From assembly GCA_009711785.1 (NCBI GenBank), contig VENA01000046.1, positions 2,934 to 66,933 of the forward strand: DNA of 64,000 nt. Reading direction: 5' to 3'. This document shows, piece by piece, positions 42,162 to 51,865 of this stretch. The translations under genes and the position numbers were made by a program. Origin of the DNA: Bacillota bacterium (GTDB lineage Bacteria > Bacillota > Clostridia > Tissierellales > MES13). Each line of letters opens with the position of its first letter. Within the stretch, counting starts at the first letter, position 1. The notes beneath the pieces were generated by a model. The model searched no databases. It was not told the DNA's origin and saw only the letters and a list, made by a program, of their open reading frames with translations.

Positions 42162-42818
42162 ATGAAAAGAAAAAGCAGGAAAAAAAAGACATTTATTGCT
42201 ATAGTTATTTTACTAGTTGCATTTATATATCTTTTTATTATAGTTGATAGAAACCTTAAGCCTACTGTTTTAGCTTTAAGTGAAGTAAAAGCTAGGATGA
42301 TAGGTACACAAGCGATAAATGATGCTGTAAGTATGAAAATTAAAGATGATATAAAATATAAAGATTTAATTTTCATTAAATATGATAGTAATGGAAAAGT
42401 AACAATGATACAAGCGAATACAGTTATGATGAATTCTATAGCTTCTGATGTTGCATTGACTGTACAAGAAAAAATAAGACAAATTGGAGTAAAAAGCATA
42501 GAAATTCCTTTAGGAAATGCTTTTAATAGTCAATTATTAGCTCAACGAGGACCAAGGATAAATGTAGACATAGTACCTCAAGGGTCAGTGAGTGTAGATT
42601 TTTCAACTGAATTTGAAGAATCTGGTCTTAATCAAACTATACATAGAGTTTTTCTAACAATTCAAGCTGATGTTAGAGTAATTATACCTCTAGCTTCTGA
42701 TACCGTGAAAATTTCATCTACAGTGCCTATTGCTGAAACAGTAATAGTAGGTGATGTACCAGAAAGTTATGTAAATGTTCCTAAGGATGAATTTATAAAT
42801 CTTATTCCTGGAAGTTAA
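42162..42818 (+). CDS. yunB: Sporulation protein YunB
   Basis: N-terminal TM helix, IPLG, GP.I, FEESGLNQT.H, IAETVIVGDVP; ATG after AAGGGGGG. Confidence 0.9.
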   Translation: MKRKSRKKKTFIAIVILLVAFIYLFIIVDRNLKPTVLALSEVKARMIGTQAINDAVSMKIKDDIKYKDLIFIKYDSNGKVTMIQANTVMMNSIASDVALTVQEKIRQIGVKSIEIPLGNAFNSQLLAQRGPRINVDIVPQGSVSVDFSTEFEESGLNQTIHRVFLTIQADVRVIIPLASDTVKISSTVPIAETVIVGDVPESYVNVPKDEFINLIPGS

Positions 42819-42881
42819 TATATTTGAATAGAAGAATAAATTTGATATACTTATGAAAAGAAGGAGTAGAGGTGATTTAAT

Positions 42882-44162
42882 TTGTATAAAGTAAAAAAAG
42901 AAAGAGTTTTATTAGTAGGAGTTGACTTAAAAAATAAGAAAAAGGATAGAATTGATATAAAAAGTTCAATGGGAGAACTTAAGAAATTAGCTGAAGCTGC
43001 CGGTGGTTTAGTTATAGAAAATATAATCCAAAATAAAGAAAAGATTAATCCGGCTTGTTATATAGGAAAAGGGAAGGCTGAAGAGATCGCAAGATACTGT
43101 GAGGAATTAAATATAGATTTAATTGTTTTCAATGATGAACTTTCGGGAACACAATTAAGAAATTTAGAAGACATAATTGGAAAAAGAGTTATTGATAGAA
43201 CAGCGATTATTTTAGATATATTTGCTAAACGTGCAACAACTAAGGAAGGTAAATTACAAGTAGAATTAGCACAACTTAAATATAGGTTGCCTAGATTAGT
43301 TGGATTAGGTACAGAATTATCACGAACAGGAGCTGGTATAGGTACTAGAGGTCCTGGGGAAAAGAAACTTGAAATAGATAGAAGACATATATCGTCTAGG
43401 ATCAATGAAGTCAAAAACCAATTAAAGAATATTGAAAACATTAGAAAAACTAAAAGAACAAAACGATTGAATTCACGCATCCCAATAGTAGCTTTAGTTG
43501 GCTATACAAATGCAGGAAAATCAACATTACTTAATACCATTATTAAAAATAATGATGACTATAAAAAAGAAAGAGAAGTTTTTACTTATGATATGTTATT
43601 TGCCACCTTAGAAACTAATTTAAGAAAAGCAACATTACCAAATGGTCAAAGCATATTAATTACTGATACTGTAGGATTTGTAAATAAGCTGCCTACACAT
43701 TTAATTGAAGCATTTAAAGGAACGTTAGAAGAAGTTGTTTATGCTGATTTATTGTTACATGTTGTAGATATAACTAATGAAAACTTAGATATACAATTTG
43801 ATACAACATTAAAAATATTAAGGGAATTAGGAGTAGATAGAAAACCAACAATTACTGTATTTAATAAAATTGATAGAAAAAGATCCACTGAAATAAATTA
43901 CAATATAAAAGGACCTAAATCTTTTATATCAGCAAAAGAAAAAATGAATACAAATGAACTTTTAAAATTAATTGAAGATAGTTTACCTAGACAGTATTAT
44001 GATGTTAAATTATTGATCCCTTTTAGTGAAAGTGATATAGTTTCTTATTTATTTGATAGTACTAAAGTAAAGGAATTTAAGCATACACAAAAGGGTACAT
44101 TTATTGAAACTACTGTGAATGAAATCGATTATGAAAAGTATAAAGGTTATATAACTGAGTAA
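42882..44162 (+). CDS. hflX: GTPase HflX
   Basis: ILDIFA.RA...EG.LQVELAQL.Y.LPRL, GPGEKKLE.DRR, GYTNAGKST, DTVGF. Confidence 0.97.
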   Translation: MYKVKKERVLLVGVDLKNKKKDRIDIKSSMGELKKLAEAAGGLVIENIIQNKEKINPACYIGKGKAEEIARYCEELNIDLIVFNDELSGTQLRNLEDIIGKRVIDRTAIILDIFAKRATTKEGKLQVELAQLKYRLPRLVGLGTELSRTGAGIGTRGPGEKKLEIDRRHISSRINEVKNQLKNIENIRKTKRTKRLNSRIPIVALVGYTNAGKSTLLNTIIKNNDDYKKEREVFTYDMLFATLETNLRKATLPNGQSILITDTVGFVNKLPTHLIEAFKGTLEEVVYADLLLHVVDITNENLDIQFDTTLKILRELGVDRKPTITVFNKIDRKRSTEINYNIKGPKSFISAKEKMNTNELLKLIEDSLPRQYYDVKLLIPFSESDIVSYLFDSTKVKEFKHTQKGTFIETTVNEIDYEKYKGYITE

Positions 44163-44173
44163 GGAAGGGTAAT

Positions 44174-44821
44174 ATGAATACAAATAACAAATGGAAAAAT
44201 ATACATAATTTAAAAGAGCATCATATCACTTATTTACTATATCTAGAGGGGAAATCTATTAAAACTATATCATTAATTAGAAAAATGGGTAAAAAAGAAG
44301 TAGAGAAAGATATCATTAAATCTAAATTAGAAATAAAAGAAAAAGCAAAAGACAAAGATCTTTTGATAGATATTATTAGTATGGAAAAAGAAAAACGTTT
44401 AAAATTTATAGAAAAAATGGATAATAAAACAAAAGATAGTCTTTGTAATGATGTGTATAGAAGATATATAAAATTTAAAAATGTTGAAGACAGAATGATA
44501 TTAATATGGCTTATTGGAGAGTTAAAGGATGAAAAATTGTTACCGTTTTTAAAAATGGAATTAAAAAGTAAAAACACTAATTTTAGAAGGTTAGCTTGTT
44601 CAGCATTAGGAAAAATTTCTAACATAAAAACAAAAAGATGGTTGGAGGATATGATTGATGATAATAATCCCCAAGTTAGACAGTATTCTATAAAGGCACT
44701 AAAAGGAATTGGAGACTTTGAAACGGTAGATAAATTAAAAAGTGTTTTAAAAAATCAAAATGAAAAAGAATATGTTAAAAGGGCAGCTAGAAATGTTATT
44801 GAATGTATTAGTAATCATTAA
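44174..44821 (+). CDS. HEAT-repeat protein with N-terminal HTH-like segment
   Basis: ITYLLYLEGKS...IS.IR N-terminus; RRLACSALGKI and PQVRQYSIKAL repeats. Confidence 0.75.
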   Translation: MNTNNKWKNIHNLKEHHITYLLYLEGKSIKTISLIRKMGKKEVEKDIIKSKLEIKEKAKDKDLLIDIISMEKEKRLKFIEKMDNKTKDSLCNDVYRRYIKFKNVEDRMILIWLIGELKDEKLLPFLKMELKSKNTNFRRLACSALGKISNIKTKRWLEDMIDDNNPQVRQYSIKALKGIGDFETVDKLKSVLKNQNEKEYVKRAARNVIECISNH

Positions 44822-45275
44822 TTTCTAGCGTATTAAGAGTATTCTTCACAATGTTAACAATATTAGGGTATGTTTTTAAAGTTCCTTTAGCAACAATAGG
44901 TCTACCAAAACTTACTAAATTAAGTCTTCTTGAACTAAAACCTCCTATTTTCATTAGCAAATTAACAGCTGGCATTGTATTAATTAATATATAGTCATTT
45001 TTATTTCCACCTGCTAAAAGCCATGCATCTTCAATGGCAGGAATAACAATTTCTGGAACGAATTGCCTGCTCAATGTGAAGACTTTATTTCCTTTTTTAT
45101 CTAACCCCCTATAAATAATTCTTCCCCTTTCCTTTTTAGTTAATGTATCAAAATAAGGGATTGAATATAAATCTTTTATTTTTGGTACTTCATTCATAGG
45201 TAGTTTGCCTAGATGAACAGCCGCTGCTACAGCAGAAGAATGTGTGCCACCAACACAATGATAAATGATGTGCAA
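44808..45275 (-). CDS. DUF3189 family protein
   Basis: IIYHC.GGTHSS..AAA.H, GGF.SRRL, GRP motifs; TTG start after AGGAAGGTG. Confidence 0.8.
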   Translation of the reverse strand: MHIIYHCVGGTHSSAVAAAVHLGKLPMNEVPKIKDLYSIPYFDTLTKKERGRIIYRGLDKKGNKVFTLSRQFVPEIVIPAIEDAWLLAGGNKNDYILINTMPAVNLLMKIGGFSSRRLNLVSFGRPIVAKGTLKTYPNIVNIVKNTLNTLEINDY

Positions 45276-45467
45276 ATTAATCACCTTCCTTAAAGTCTAA
45301 TAATAGTATTACCTAAAATAATAATCTTATTAAATAGGGTATAAAAAAAGTGAAGTTGTTAATGATTAATATATAAGCAAAATTAGAATGAATATTCAGA
45401 AAAGTATTGAAATTAACCAAAATTTGTTATATTATATTTATAAGAATAGGGAGGAGGCGTTGTCAAA

Positions 45468-45899
45468 ATGCTTTTCAGAAATTGTGCTGGCGGTGTGGTA
45501 TTTAAGGACCAGAAAGTATTCATATTAAAAAATGAAAAAGATGAATGGGTTTTACCTAAAGGAAGAATTCGTAATGGTGAACTTGCTGCAGAAACTGCTG
45601 TTAAAAGAGTTAATGAAGAAACTGATTTAACAGTGGAAATAGTGTCTACAGCAGGGGAAACTAATTACGAATTTTATTCGTTTTCAAGACAAAGGCCTGT
45701 AACTAATGAGATTATTTGGTATCTAATGGAAGCAAAAGATGAAGAATTTGAAGTAAATAAAGAAGAAGGATTTAAAGATGGTGGTTTTTACGATATAGAA
45801 AAAGCAATAGAGATGATAACTTATAGTCAAGATAAGTCACTAGTAAGTCTTTCATATAAAAAATATCTAGCAATAAAAAAAGATTTAGAAATAGCTTAG
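45468..45899 (+). CDS. NUDIX-fold hydrolase with a variant Nudix box
   Basis: AGGVVF, WVLPKG, GE..AETAVKRVNEETDL. Confidence 0.8.
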   Translation: MLFRNCAGGVVFKDQKVFILKNEKDEWVLPKGRIRNGELAAETAVKRVNEETDLTVEIVSTAGETNYEFYSFSRQRPVTNEIIWYLMEAKDEEFEVNKEEGFKDGGFYDIEKAIEMITYSQDKSLVSLSYKKYLAIKKDLEIA

Positions 45900-45982
45900 A
45901 GGGTAGAGGGTAGTTTAACTACCCTTTATTTTTTTGTTACTAGTGATATAATTTAATTATATTTTATACAGGGAGAGATTAT

Positions 45983-46633
45983 ATGCAAGATAGATATAAC
46001 ACAATACATAAGTTTGGGTTTGATGAGTTTGTAGAGAAAAAATCTAGATTCATAGGATATGCTAAACCTATATCTTCAGAAAAGGAAGCTAATGAATTTA
46101 TTGAAAAAATAAAATCTAAACATAAAGATGCTACACATAATGTACCAGCATATGTATTTGGAGAAAATAATATTGTTCAAAGATATAGTGATGATGGAGA
46201 ACCTAGTGGCACAGCTGGAATACCAGTATTAGAAGTTATAAAGAAAGAAGAGCTAAGAAATATGGTAATAGTAGTTACAAGATATTTTGGTGGCGTAAAA
46301 TTAGGAGCAGGAGGTTTAGTAAGGGCTTACACACAGGGAGCTAAAATTGCAATAAAAGCTTCTAGGAAAATAGAAAAAATATTACACAAGATAATAAAGA
46401 TTAGAATAGATTATACTTTGTATGGTAAAGTAGAGAATGAGCTAATGAAATTAGGCTATAATATAGATGAAGTTAATTATGATGATCAAGTCAATTTAAT
46501 TACCTTGTGTGAAAAAGGAAAAACAAAACAATTATATGAACTTATTACTAACATTACCAGTGCAAAAGCAGAAATACATGATATAGGCGAAGATTATTAT
46601 AGTGTTTTAGAAGGTAAAATATTAAACAAATAG
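45983..46633 (+). CDS. YigZ/IMPACT family protein
   Basis: KKSRFIG, ATHN..AY, DDGEPSGTAG.P, VTRYFGG.KLGAGGLVRAY. Confidence 0.94.
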   Translation: MQDRYNTIHKFGFDEFVEKKSRFIGYAKPISSEKEANEFIEKIKSKHKDATHNVPAYVFGENNIVQRYSDDGEPSGTAGIPVLEVIKKEELRNMVIVVTRYFGGVKLGAGGLVRAYTQGAKIAIKASRKIEKILHKIIKIRIDYTLYGKVENELMKLGYNIDEVNYDDQVNLITLCEKGKTKQLYELITNITSAKAEIHDIGEDYYSVLEGKILNK

Positions 46634-46643
46634 AAGTTTTGAT

Positions 46644-46660
46644 ATACCTAAGAGGGGTAT
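46644..46660. promoter_or_regulatory. CsoR/CstR/RcnR-family operator-like site
   Basis: ATACC-TAAGAGG-GGTAT: inverted ATACC with a G-tract. Confidence 0.45.
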
Positions 46661-46684
46661 AAAAAGAGAAAGGAGGTAAATAAT

Positions 46685-47083
46685 ATGGATACTATTGAAA
46701 AGAATAAAATAGAAATGCTAAAGAAGAAAAGGTGGGCAGTGGTAGGAGCAACTAATAATGAGAGTAAGTATGGATATAAGATATTTAAAAAGTTAAAGGA
46801 AAATGATTATTTAGTTAATCCAATTAACCCTAAGTATGATTTTATAGAAGATAGTAGTTGTTATTCATCATTAAAGGAATTACCTGTAAAGCCCGATGTT
46901 GTGGATGTGGTTGTTCCACCTAAATTATCTAAAGATGTAATAGAGCAAGCTAATAAATTAGATATTGAATATCTATGGTTTCAACCAGGAACAGTTGATG
47001 CAGAAGGTATTGAATTAGCAGAGGATTATGGAATCAAAATGGTATTCCATGATTGTGTATTAGTAGCTTTAGATAATAATTAA
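46685..47083 (+). CDS. CoA-binding protein (YccU-like)
   Basis: WAVVGAT, KYG, PINP, VDVVVPP, WFQPG, C-terminal CV. Confidence 0.9.
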   Translation: MDTIEKNKIEMLKKKRWAVVGATNNESKYGYKIFKKLKENDYLVNPINPKYDFIEDSSCYSSLKELPVKPDVVDVVVPPKLSKDVIEQANKLDIEYLWFQPGTVDAEGIELAEDYGIKMVFHDCVLVALDNN

Positions 47084-47084
47084 A

Positions 47085-47435
47085 CTATTTTTTTACTTTA
47101 CTAAATATTTCATAACTACCCATTAAAAATAAAAATAAAGCAAAGAAATTTTTTAGCTTTTCAGAAGAAATGTTTACCGCTAGATAAGAACCAAAAAAGG
47201 CCCCTATAATCCCTGATATAATTAAAGGGATAGCAATCTTAAAATTAATATTTTTATCTTTAATGTGTGTAGTTAAAGCTACTATAGCTGTGGGGATAAA
47301 TACGAATAAATTGATACCTTGAGCTTGTTGTTGAGTTAACGATGAAAAGAATATTAAAAAAGGGATAAGAATAGTTCCACCGCCAATACCCATCCCTCCG
47401 ATGATACCTGATAAAAATCCAATTAATAAAAGCAT
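47085..47435 (-). CDS. TauE/SafE (TSUP) family half-transporter
   Basis: GGMGIGGGTILIP, QQQAQGINL. Confidence 0.85.
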   Translation of the reverse strand: MLLLIGFLSGIIGGMGIGGGTILIPFLIFFSSLTQQQAQGINLFVFIPTAIVALTTHIKDKNINFKIAIPLIISGIIGAFFGSYLAVNISSEKLKNFFALFLFLMGSYEIFSKVKK

Positions 47436-47794
47436 TATTTAATCACCATCCTAATTGCAGCTATTATCATAAATAAACCAAAAATTTTTCTAAGGAGTGT
47501 ACTAGGTATTTTTTTTAATAGTTTAGCACCAGTAAAGCCACCGATAATACCACCTGCTGCAACTAAGGTAGCTATCTTAAAGTTTAGCATTCCATTATTA
47601 AAGTAAATAAATGTACTTATTAAAGTTAGTGGCAAGATGATTGATATAGCTGTAGCGTGGGCTTTGTGTTCTTCTAAACCTAAAATAAATACTAAGGATG
47701 GAACAATTATTGTACCACCACCTGAACCAAATAGACCATTGATGATACCAGTTAAAAATCCAATTGTTAAAATTTTGATATTTATCTTTTTCAT
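47435..47794 (-). CDS. TauE/SafE (TSUP) family half-transporter
   Basis: NGLFGSGGGTIIVP, HKAHATAI. Confidence 0.85.
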   Translation of the reverse strand: MKKINIKILTIGFLTGIINGLFGSGGGTIIVPSLVFILGLEEHKAHATAISIILPLTLISTFIYFNNGMLNFKIATLVAAGGIIGGFTGAKLLKKIPSTLLRKIFGLFMIIAAIRMVIK

Positions 47795-47931
47795 GTAAAA
47801 CTCCTTTAGAGATTTTACTACTATTTTTACATGAAAATTATTAAGATATACTAAGAATAAGTAAAAATAATTTGATATACTGATTAGGTTATGCTATTAT
47901 TAATTTTAAAAATGAGTGGAGGTAAATATAA

Positions 47932-48657
47932 ATGAAGAAAATAGAAATTTTATGTGATGAAATAGTACAGTGGTTAAAAGAAAAAGTGACTAATGCCGGT
48001 TGTAAAGGGGTTACAGTTGGTCTAAGCGGAGGTATAGATTCAGCAGTAGTTGCAGCACTTGCTAAAAAAGCATTTCCTAATAACACTTTAGGAGTTATAA
48101 TGCCATCACATAGCAATCCAGAAGATGAAGAGCATGCAAGATTATTAGCTGATAGTTTAAATATAGAAACTAAAAAGATAGATTTAACGGAAACCTTTGA
48201 TACATTATTAGAAGAATTAGACGACAAAGGTGACAATCAGCTTGCAGTATCAAACATAAAACCAAGGTTAAGAATGACAACTTTATACTACTTTGCACAA
48301 AAGAATAAATATTTAGTTGCAGGTACTGGAAATAAGAGTGAATTTACTATTGGATATTTCACTAAATTTGGAGATAGTGGAGTAGATATTTTACCTATAG
48401 TAGATTTAGTAAAAGAAGAAGTAAGGGATTTAGCTAAATATTTAAATGTACCCGAAATAATAATAACTAAGCCACCATCTGCAGGGCTTTGGGAAAACCA
48501 AACTGATGAAGACGAAATGGGTATTACATATAAAGAACTAGACCATTATATAAAAACTGGAGAAGCTAAGGATAGTATAAAAAATAAAATAGAAAATATG
48601 AAAAAAGCAAGTGAACATAAAAGAAAATTACCAAAAATGTTTACAGTTAATAGATAA
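47932..48657 (+). CDS. nadE: NH3-dependent NAD+ synthetase
   Basis: GLSGGIDSA, NIKPRLRM, GTGNKSE, GYFTKFGD, PPSAGLW..QTDE; no glutaminase domain. Confidence 0.95.
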   Translation: MKKIEILCDEIVQWLKEKVTNAGCKGVTVGLSGGIDSAVVAALAKKAFPNNTLGVIMPSHSNPEDEEHARLLADSLNIETKKIDLTETFDTLLEELDDKGDNQLAVSNIKPRLRMTTLYYFAQKNKYLVAGTGNKSEFTIGYFTKFGDSGVDILPIVDLVKEEVRDLAKYLNVPEIIITKPPSAGLWENQTDEDEMGITYKELDHYIKTGEAKDSIKNKIENMKKASEHKRKLPKMFTVNR

Positions 48658-48660
48658 ACC

Positions 48661-48691
48661 TAAAGCCCACTATTTGTGGGCTTTATATTTT
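48661..48691 (+). terminator. Terminator after nadE
   Basis: TAAAGCCCAC-TATTT-GTGGGCTTTA. Confidence 0.7.
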
Positions 48692-48753
48692 TATTGATGT
48701 ATATAAGGTTTTATGCTAAAATGTTTATGTATTTGAGTAAAGGAGGTTTTAGA

Positions 48754-49497
48754 ATGGCTGGACATTCAAAGTGGGCCAATATCAAACATAGAAAAGGAAA
48801 ACAGGATGCGAAAAGGGCAAAGATTTTTACAAAACTTGCTAGGAAAATAACTGTTGCTGTTAAAGAAGGAGGAGATGACGAGGAATATAATCCTGCATTG
48901 AAAACAGCAATAGAAAAAGCTAAAGCTCAAAATATGCCTAATGATAACATAGAAAGGGCAATTAAAAAGGGAACAGGTGACTTAGAAGGAGCAAGCTTTG
49001 AAGAATTAATATATGAAGGATATGGGCCAAGTGGTGTTGCAGTTATGGTACAGTGTTTAACTGATAATAAAAATAGAACTGCATCTGATGTAAGGCATTA
49101 TTTTGATAAGCATGGAGGCAACTTAGGTTCAGATGGATGTGTTTCTTTTATGTTTGATAGAAAAGGGTTATTAGCTATAGATAAAGATGAAAATATAGAT
49201 GAGGAAGAATTAATGCTAGAAGCAATAGAAGCAGGCGCAGAGGATTTTCAGATTGAAAAAGATTATTTTGAAATAATAACTGTTCCAGAAGATTTTTCTA
49301 AAGTAAGAGATATACTTAAAGAAAATGGATATAAATTTTCTACAGCTGAAGTATCATTTGTACCACAAACTACTACAGAACTAAAGGATGAAAAAGATAT
49401 TAAAGCTATGTCAAAATTGATTGATGCGTTAGAAGATAATGATGATGTACAAGAGGTATATCACAACTGGGACATGCCAGATGATATTGATATTTAA
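48754..49497 (+). CDS. yebC: YebC/PmpR family protein
   Basis: [34 protein letters not shown]; ATG after AAGGAGG. Confidence 0.96.
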   Translation: MAGHSKWANIKHRKGKQDAKRAKIFTKLARKITVAVKEGGDDEEYNPALKTAIEKAKAQNMPNDNIERAIKKGTGDLEGASFEELIYEGYGPSGVAVMVQCLTDNKNRTASDVRHYFDKHGGNLGSDGCVSFMFDRKGLLAIDKDENIDEEELMLEAIEAGAEDFQIEKDYFEIITVPEDFSKVRDILKENGYKFSTAEVSFVPQTTTELKDEKDIKAMSKLIDALEDNDDVQEVYHNWDMPDDIDI

Positions 49498-49510
49498 ATT
49501 AAAACAATGA

Positions 49511-49567
49511 ATAGATAAAAAACTCTAGATTTATGTTTTAAACATAAATCTAGAGTTTTTTATCTAT
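49511..49567. repeat. 57-bp palindrome (28-bp perfect arms, 1-nt centre), probable bidirectional terminator
   Basis: ATAGATAAAAAACTCTAGATTTATGTTT-T-AAACATAAATCTAGAGTTTTTTATCTAT. Confidence 0.85.
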
Positions 49568-49631
49568 ATGTTAACATTTAATAGTTCCGAATAAGTTATG
49601 ATAATATTTAGGTGGAAATCTTTATTAAACT

Positions 49632-49967
49632 TTAACTTGCTATCTTTCCATTGATTTTTTTACTCTCTCCTATAAAGACAGCACCTTTTTCCATAATTAA
49701 ATTTTTTGAAGTGATTTTACCTTCTAAATAGGAGTTTTCTAGTAAAATAACTTTATCAGCTATGATCTTTCCATTAAAAATTCCCTTTACTGTAACTTTT
49801 AAAGCTGTTATCTCACTTTCTACTTTGGCTGTAGAATCAATAAAAACATTCTGTGGACATTTGATATTGCCTACAAGAACGCCAGATATTTTTATAGAAC
49901 CGTTAGATTCTAAATTACCATTAAATTGAGCATTTTTATGAATATATATATCAGTAGAATTGTCCAT
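49632..49967 (-). CDS. Bactofilin (polymer-forming cytoskeletal protein)
   Basis: Beta-helix repeats (FNGNL, I.G...GNI, V.G.FNG.I.A, LEGKI, L.MEKGA.F.G); AGGAGGAG SD. Confidence 0.85.
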   Translation of the reverse strand: MDNSTDIYIHKNAQFNGNLESNGSIKISGVLVGNIKCPQNVFIDSTAKVESEITALKVTVKGIFNGKIIADKVILLENSYLEGKITSKNLIMEKGAVFIGESKKINGKIAS

Positions 49968-50175
49968 GGAATCTCCTCCTAGAGTAAAATCTCTTTGTTA
50001 TTTTAATTATATAATAATTTTTATAAAGTTTAATGAGACTAATGTAACAATTATTCTAGGTAAAATGATATATATTTGCAATATCATAATAAATGTTATC
50101 ATAAATGATAAACAAATTTTTATGAAAGAAAGGTATAATAAGATAAATAGAGAATATAAAAATAGGAGTGATTAT

Positions 50176-50346
50176 ATGAGTAAAGAGATTAAAATTATTT
50201 TAGATGAATTGAATTTTTCCATTGGTCGCATAAATGAAAAGGAAATAAATAACAAACAAATCACTGATAGAGAATACTGGTATAGAGAAGGTTTAAACAC
50301 TGCAAAAAAAGTAGTACTAAAGGTTGAAAAACTAAATCAGGATTAA
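50176..50346 (+). CDS. Small hypothetical protein (56 aa)
   Basis: AGGAGTG SD before ATG 50176; MSKEIKIILDELNFSIGRINEKE...EYWYREGLNTAKK. Confidence 0.55.
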   Translation: MSKEIKIILDELNFSIGRINEKEINNKQITDREYWYREGLNTAKKVVLKVEKLNQD

Positions 50347-50846
50347 GTTAAATCTATTAAAACAGATCTTAATAGTCTTTTTACTAAAGACATTAATATT
50401 ACTGAACAAAAGACAAATAATATAGTTTTATAGTTCCAAGAATTTAATACTAAAGCTAGTGACATACCTACGGCAGGGGGATGTTCTGTGTCAGTAATAA
50501 CCATAGTAAGTATCGTTATCCCTACAGAGATAGACCCAAATAGTATGAAAATGAAATTTTGAGTACTTGTAAGAAAGTTTGAAATTAATAAAGTAGCTAC
50601 AATATTAGAAAGAATTCCTATGATTATCCCTACTAAATATCCTCCTACTAAATTTCTACGTTGTGCTGTAGTAGAGTTTGGCATTGCAAATACTATAAAA
50701 GTTGTTGCACCTAGACTAGCTATTATACTTGCTTGAGTAAATAGATTTAAAAATAAAAGAATAATTAGGATTGTAACAGTAGCCATAGAGCATTGCAATA
50801 CATATCTTGCAACATTACCTTTAGCTTTTTTATCAAATAATTCCAT
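50343..50846 (-). CDS. HPP family membrane protein
   Basis: ASLGAT.FIVF..P, TEHPPA; four hydrophobic helices. Confidence 0.87.
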   Translation of the reverse strand: MELFDKKAKGNVARYVLQCSMATVTILIILLFLNLFTQASIIASLGATTFIVFAMPNSTTAQRRNLVGGYLVGIIIGILSNIVATLLISNFLTSTQNFIFILFGSISVGITILTMVITDTEHPPAVGMSLALVLNSWNYKTILFVFCSVILMSLVKRLLRSVLIDLT

Positions 50847-51077
50847 GTTTAACACCTCTTTAAATTATTATAACGTATTCATAATATCAATATTTTAAAG
50901 AAAGTTCAAAAATATAATGCTATTTTATTAATTTTTGTATTTTCCATTTAATTTATCACGAAAATATGTTATATTAATACTTGACTCTTTTTTTCAAAAT
51001 AACATTAAAAATTACTTAATACGACAAAGGATAAAAGGTTAAATCCTCTAATAGAAAAGGAAATAGGGAGGACTAGT

Positions 51078-51806
51078 ATGTCAACTTCTGCTGTAAAATT
51101 ATGGGAATTATATGAAGGATTAAAAAATAGATTTCTATTTAATAATGATATAAACTCTATTTATGTTTTACTTTCGTTATATGATTTAGAAGAAAATATT
51201 AGTAATATTTACCCTAAATATATATGTAGTAAAAACATAAAGACTAGAGTAAAAAAGATATTAAGAGAAAGAGAAAATAAAAATCATATAGCTCAAAGTA
51301 TAATATATGCTATACGTGATGATATTAATAGAATTGAACTTTGTTTTTATTTAGAAGGTTATAAGTATGGATATTTTAATTATAAGTGGGTAAATGCTCT
51401 TGAAAAGAAGGCCTTAGACACATATAATATTGAAAACATTTATGATAAAAATTATTTGTTCCATTTCGATATTATGAATGAAGAGGTTAATAATATCAAA
51501 ACAAAGTTATGGAATGAAATAGACTTTGTAGAAAATCAAAAAAATAATATAAATGATTTAGTATATACTTTTGCTGATAAAGTAATAAAACGAAAAATTA
51601 GTAATTTAGATAAGCATGCTGATAAACAATTGAAAGTGGATTTTAATGATTTCAATATAAAAGAAGAAAGTTATTTGCTAACAGAAAAAGAAGCTAATAA
51701 CATATATCATGCAATAGTAAATGTTATGATTAGAAATTTAACTAAAATTTATAAGGAAGCAAGTTGGTATGCTTTAAATGATAAAGTCTTAAAAAGGTAT
51801 TTATAA
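51078..51806 (+). CDS. Hypothetical protein
   Basis: 242-aa ORF with GGGGAGG SD and host-like codon usage; no family recognised. Confidence 0.7.
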   Translation: MSTSAVKLWELYEGLKNRFLFNNDINSIYVLLSLYDLEENISNIYPKYICSKNIKTRVKKILRERENKNHIAQSIIYAIRDDINRIELCFYLEGYKYGYFNYKWVNALEKKALDTYNIENIYDKNYLFHFDIMNEEVNNIKTKLWNEIDFVENQKNNINDLVYTFADKVIKRKISNLDKHADKQLKVDFNDFNIKEESYLLTEKEANNIYHAIVNVMIRNLTKIYKEASWYALNDKVLKRYL

Positions 51807-51865
51807 ATGTATATTTTATATTAAAAATGGACAAAATATCTCTCTAAGATGGTAGGAGGGATATT

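Noticed and set aside
49960-50175. N-terminal part of the 128-aa ORF 49960-50346
   Set aside because: AT-rich intergenic read-through overlapping the bactofilin start; the only good SD precedes ATG 50176.
50856-51077. Possible riboswitch in the spacer before the 242-aa gene
   Set aside because: No c-di-GMP, SAM, TPP or purine aptamer motifs and no terminator seen.
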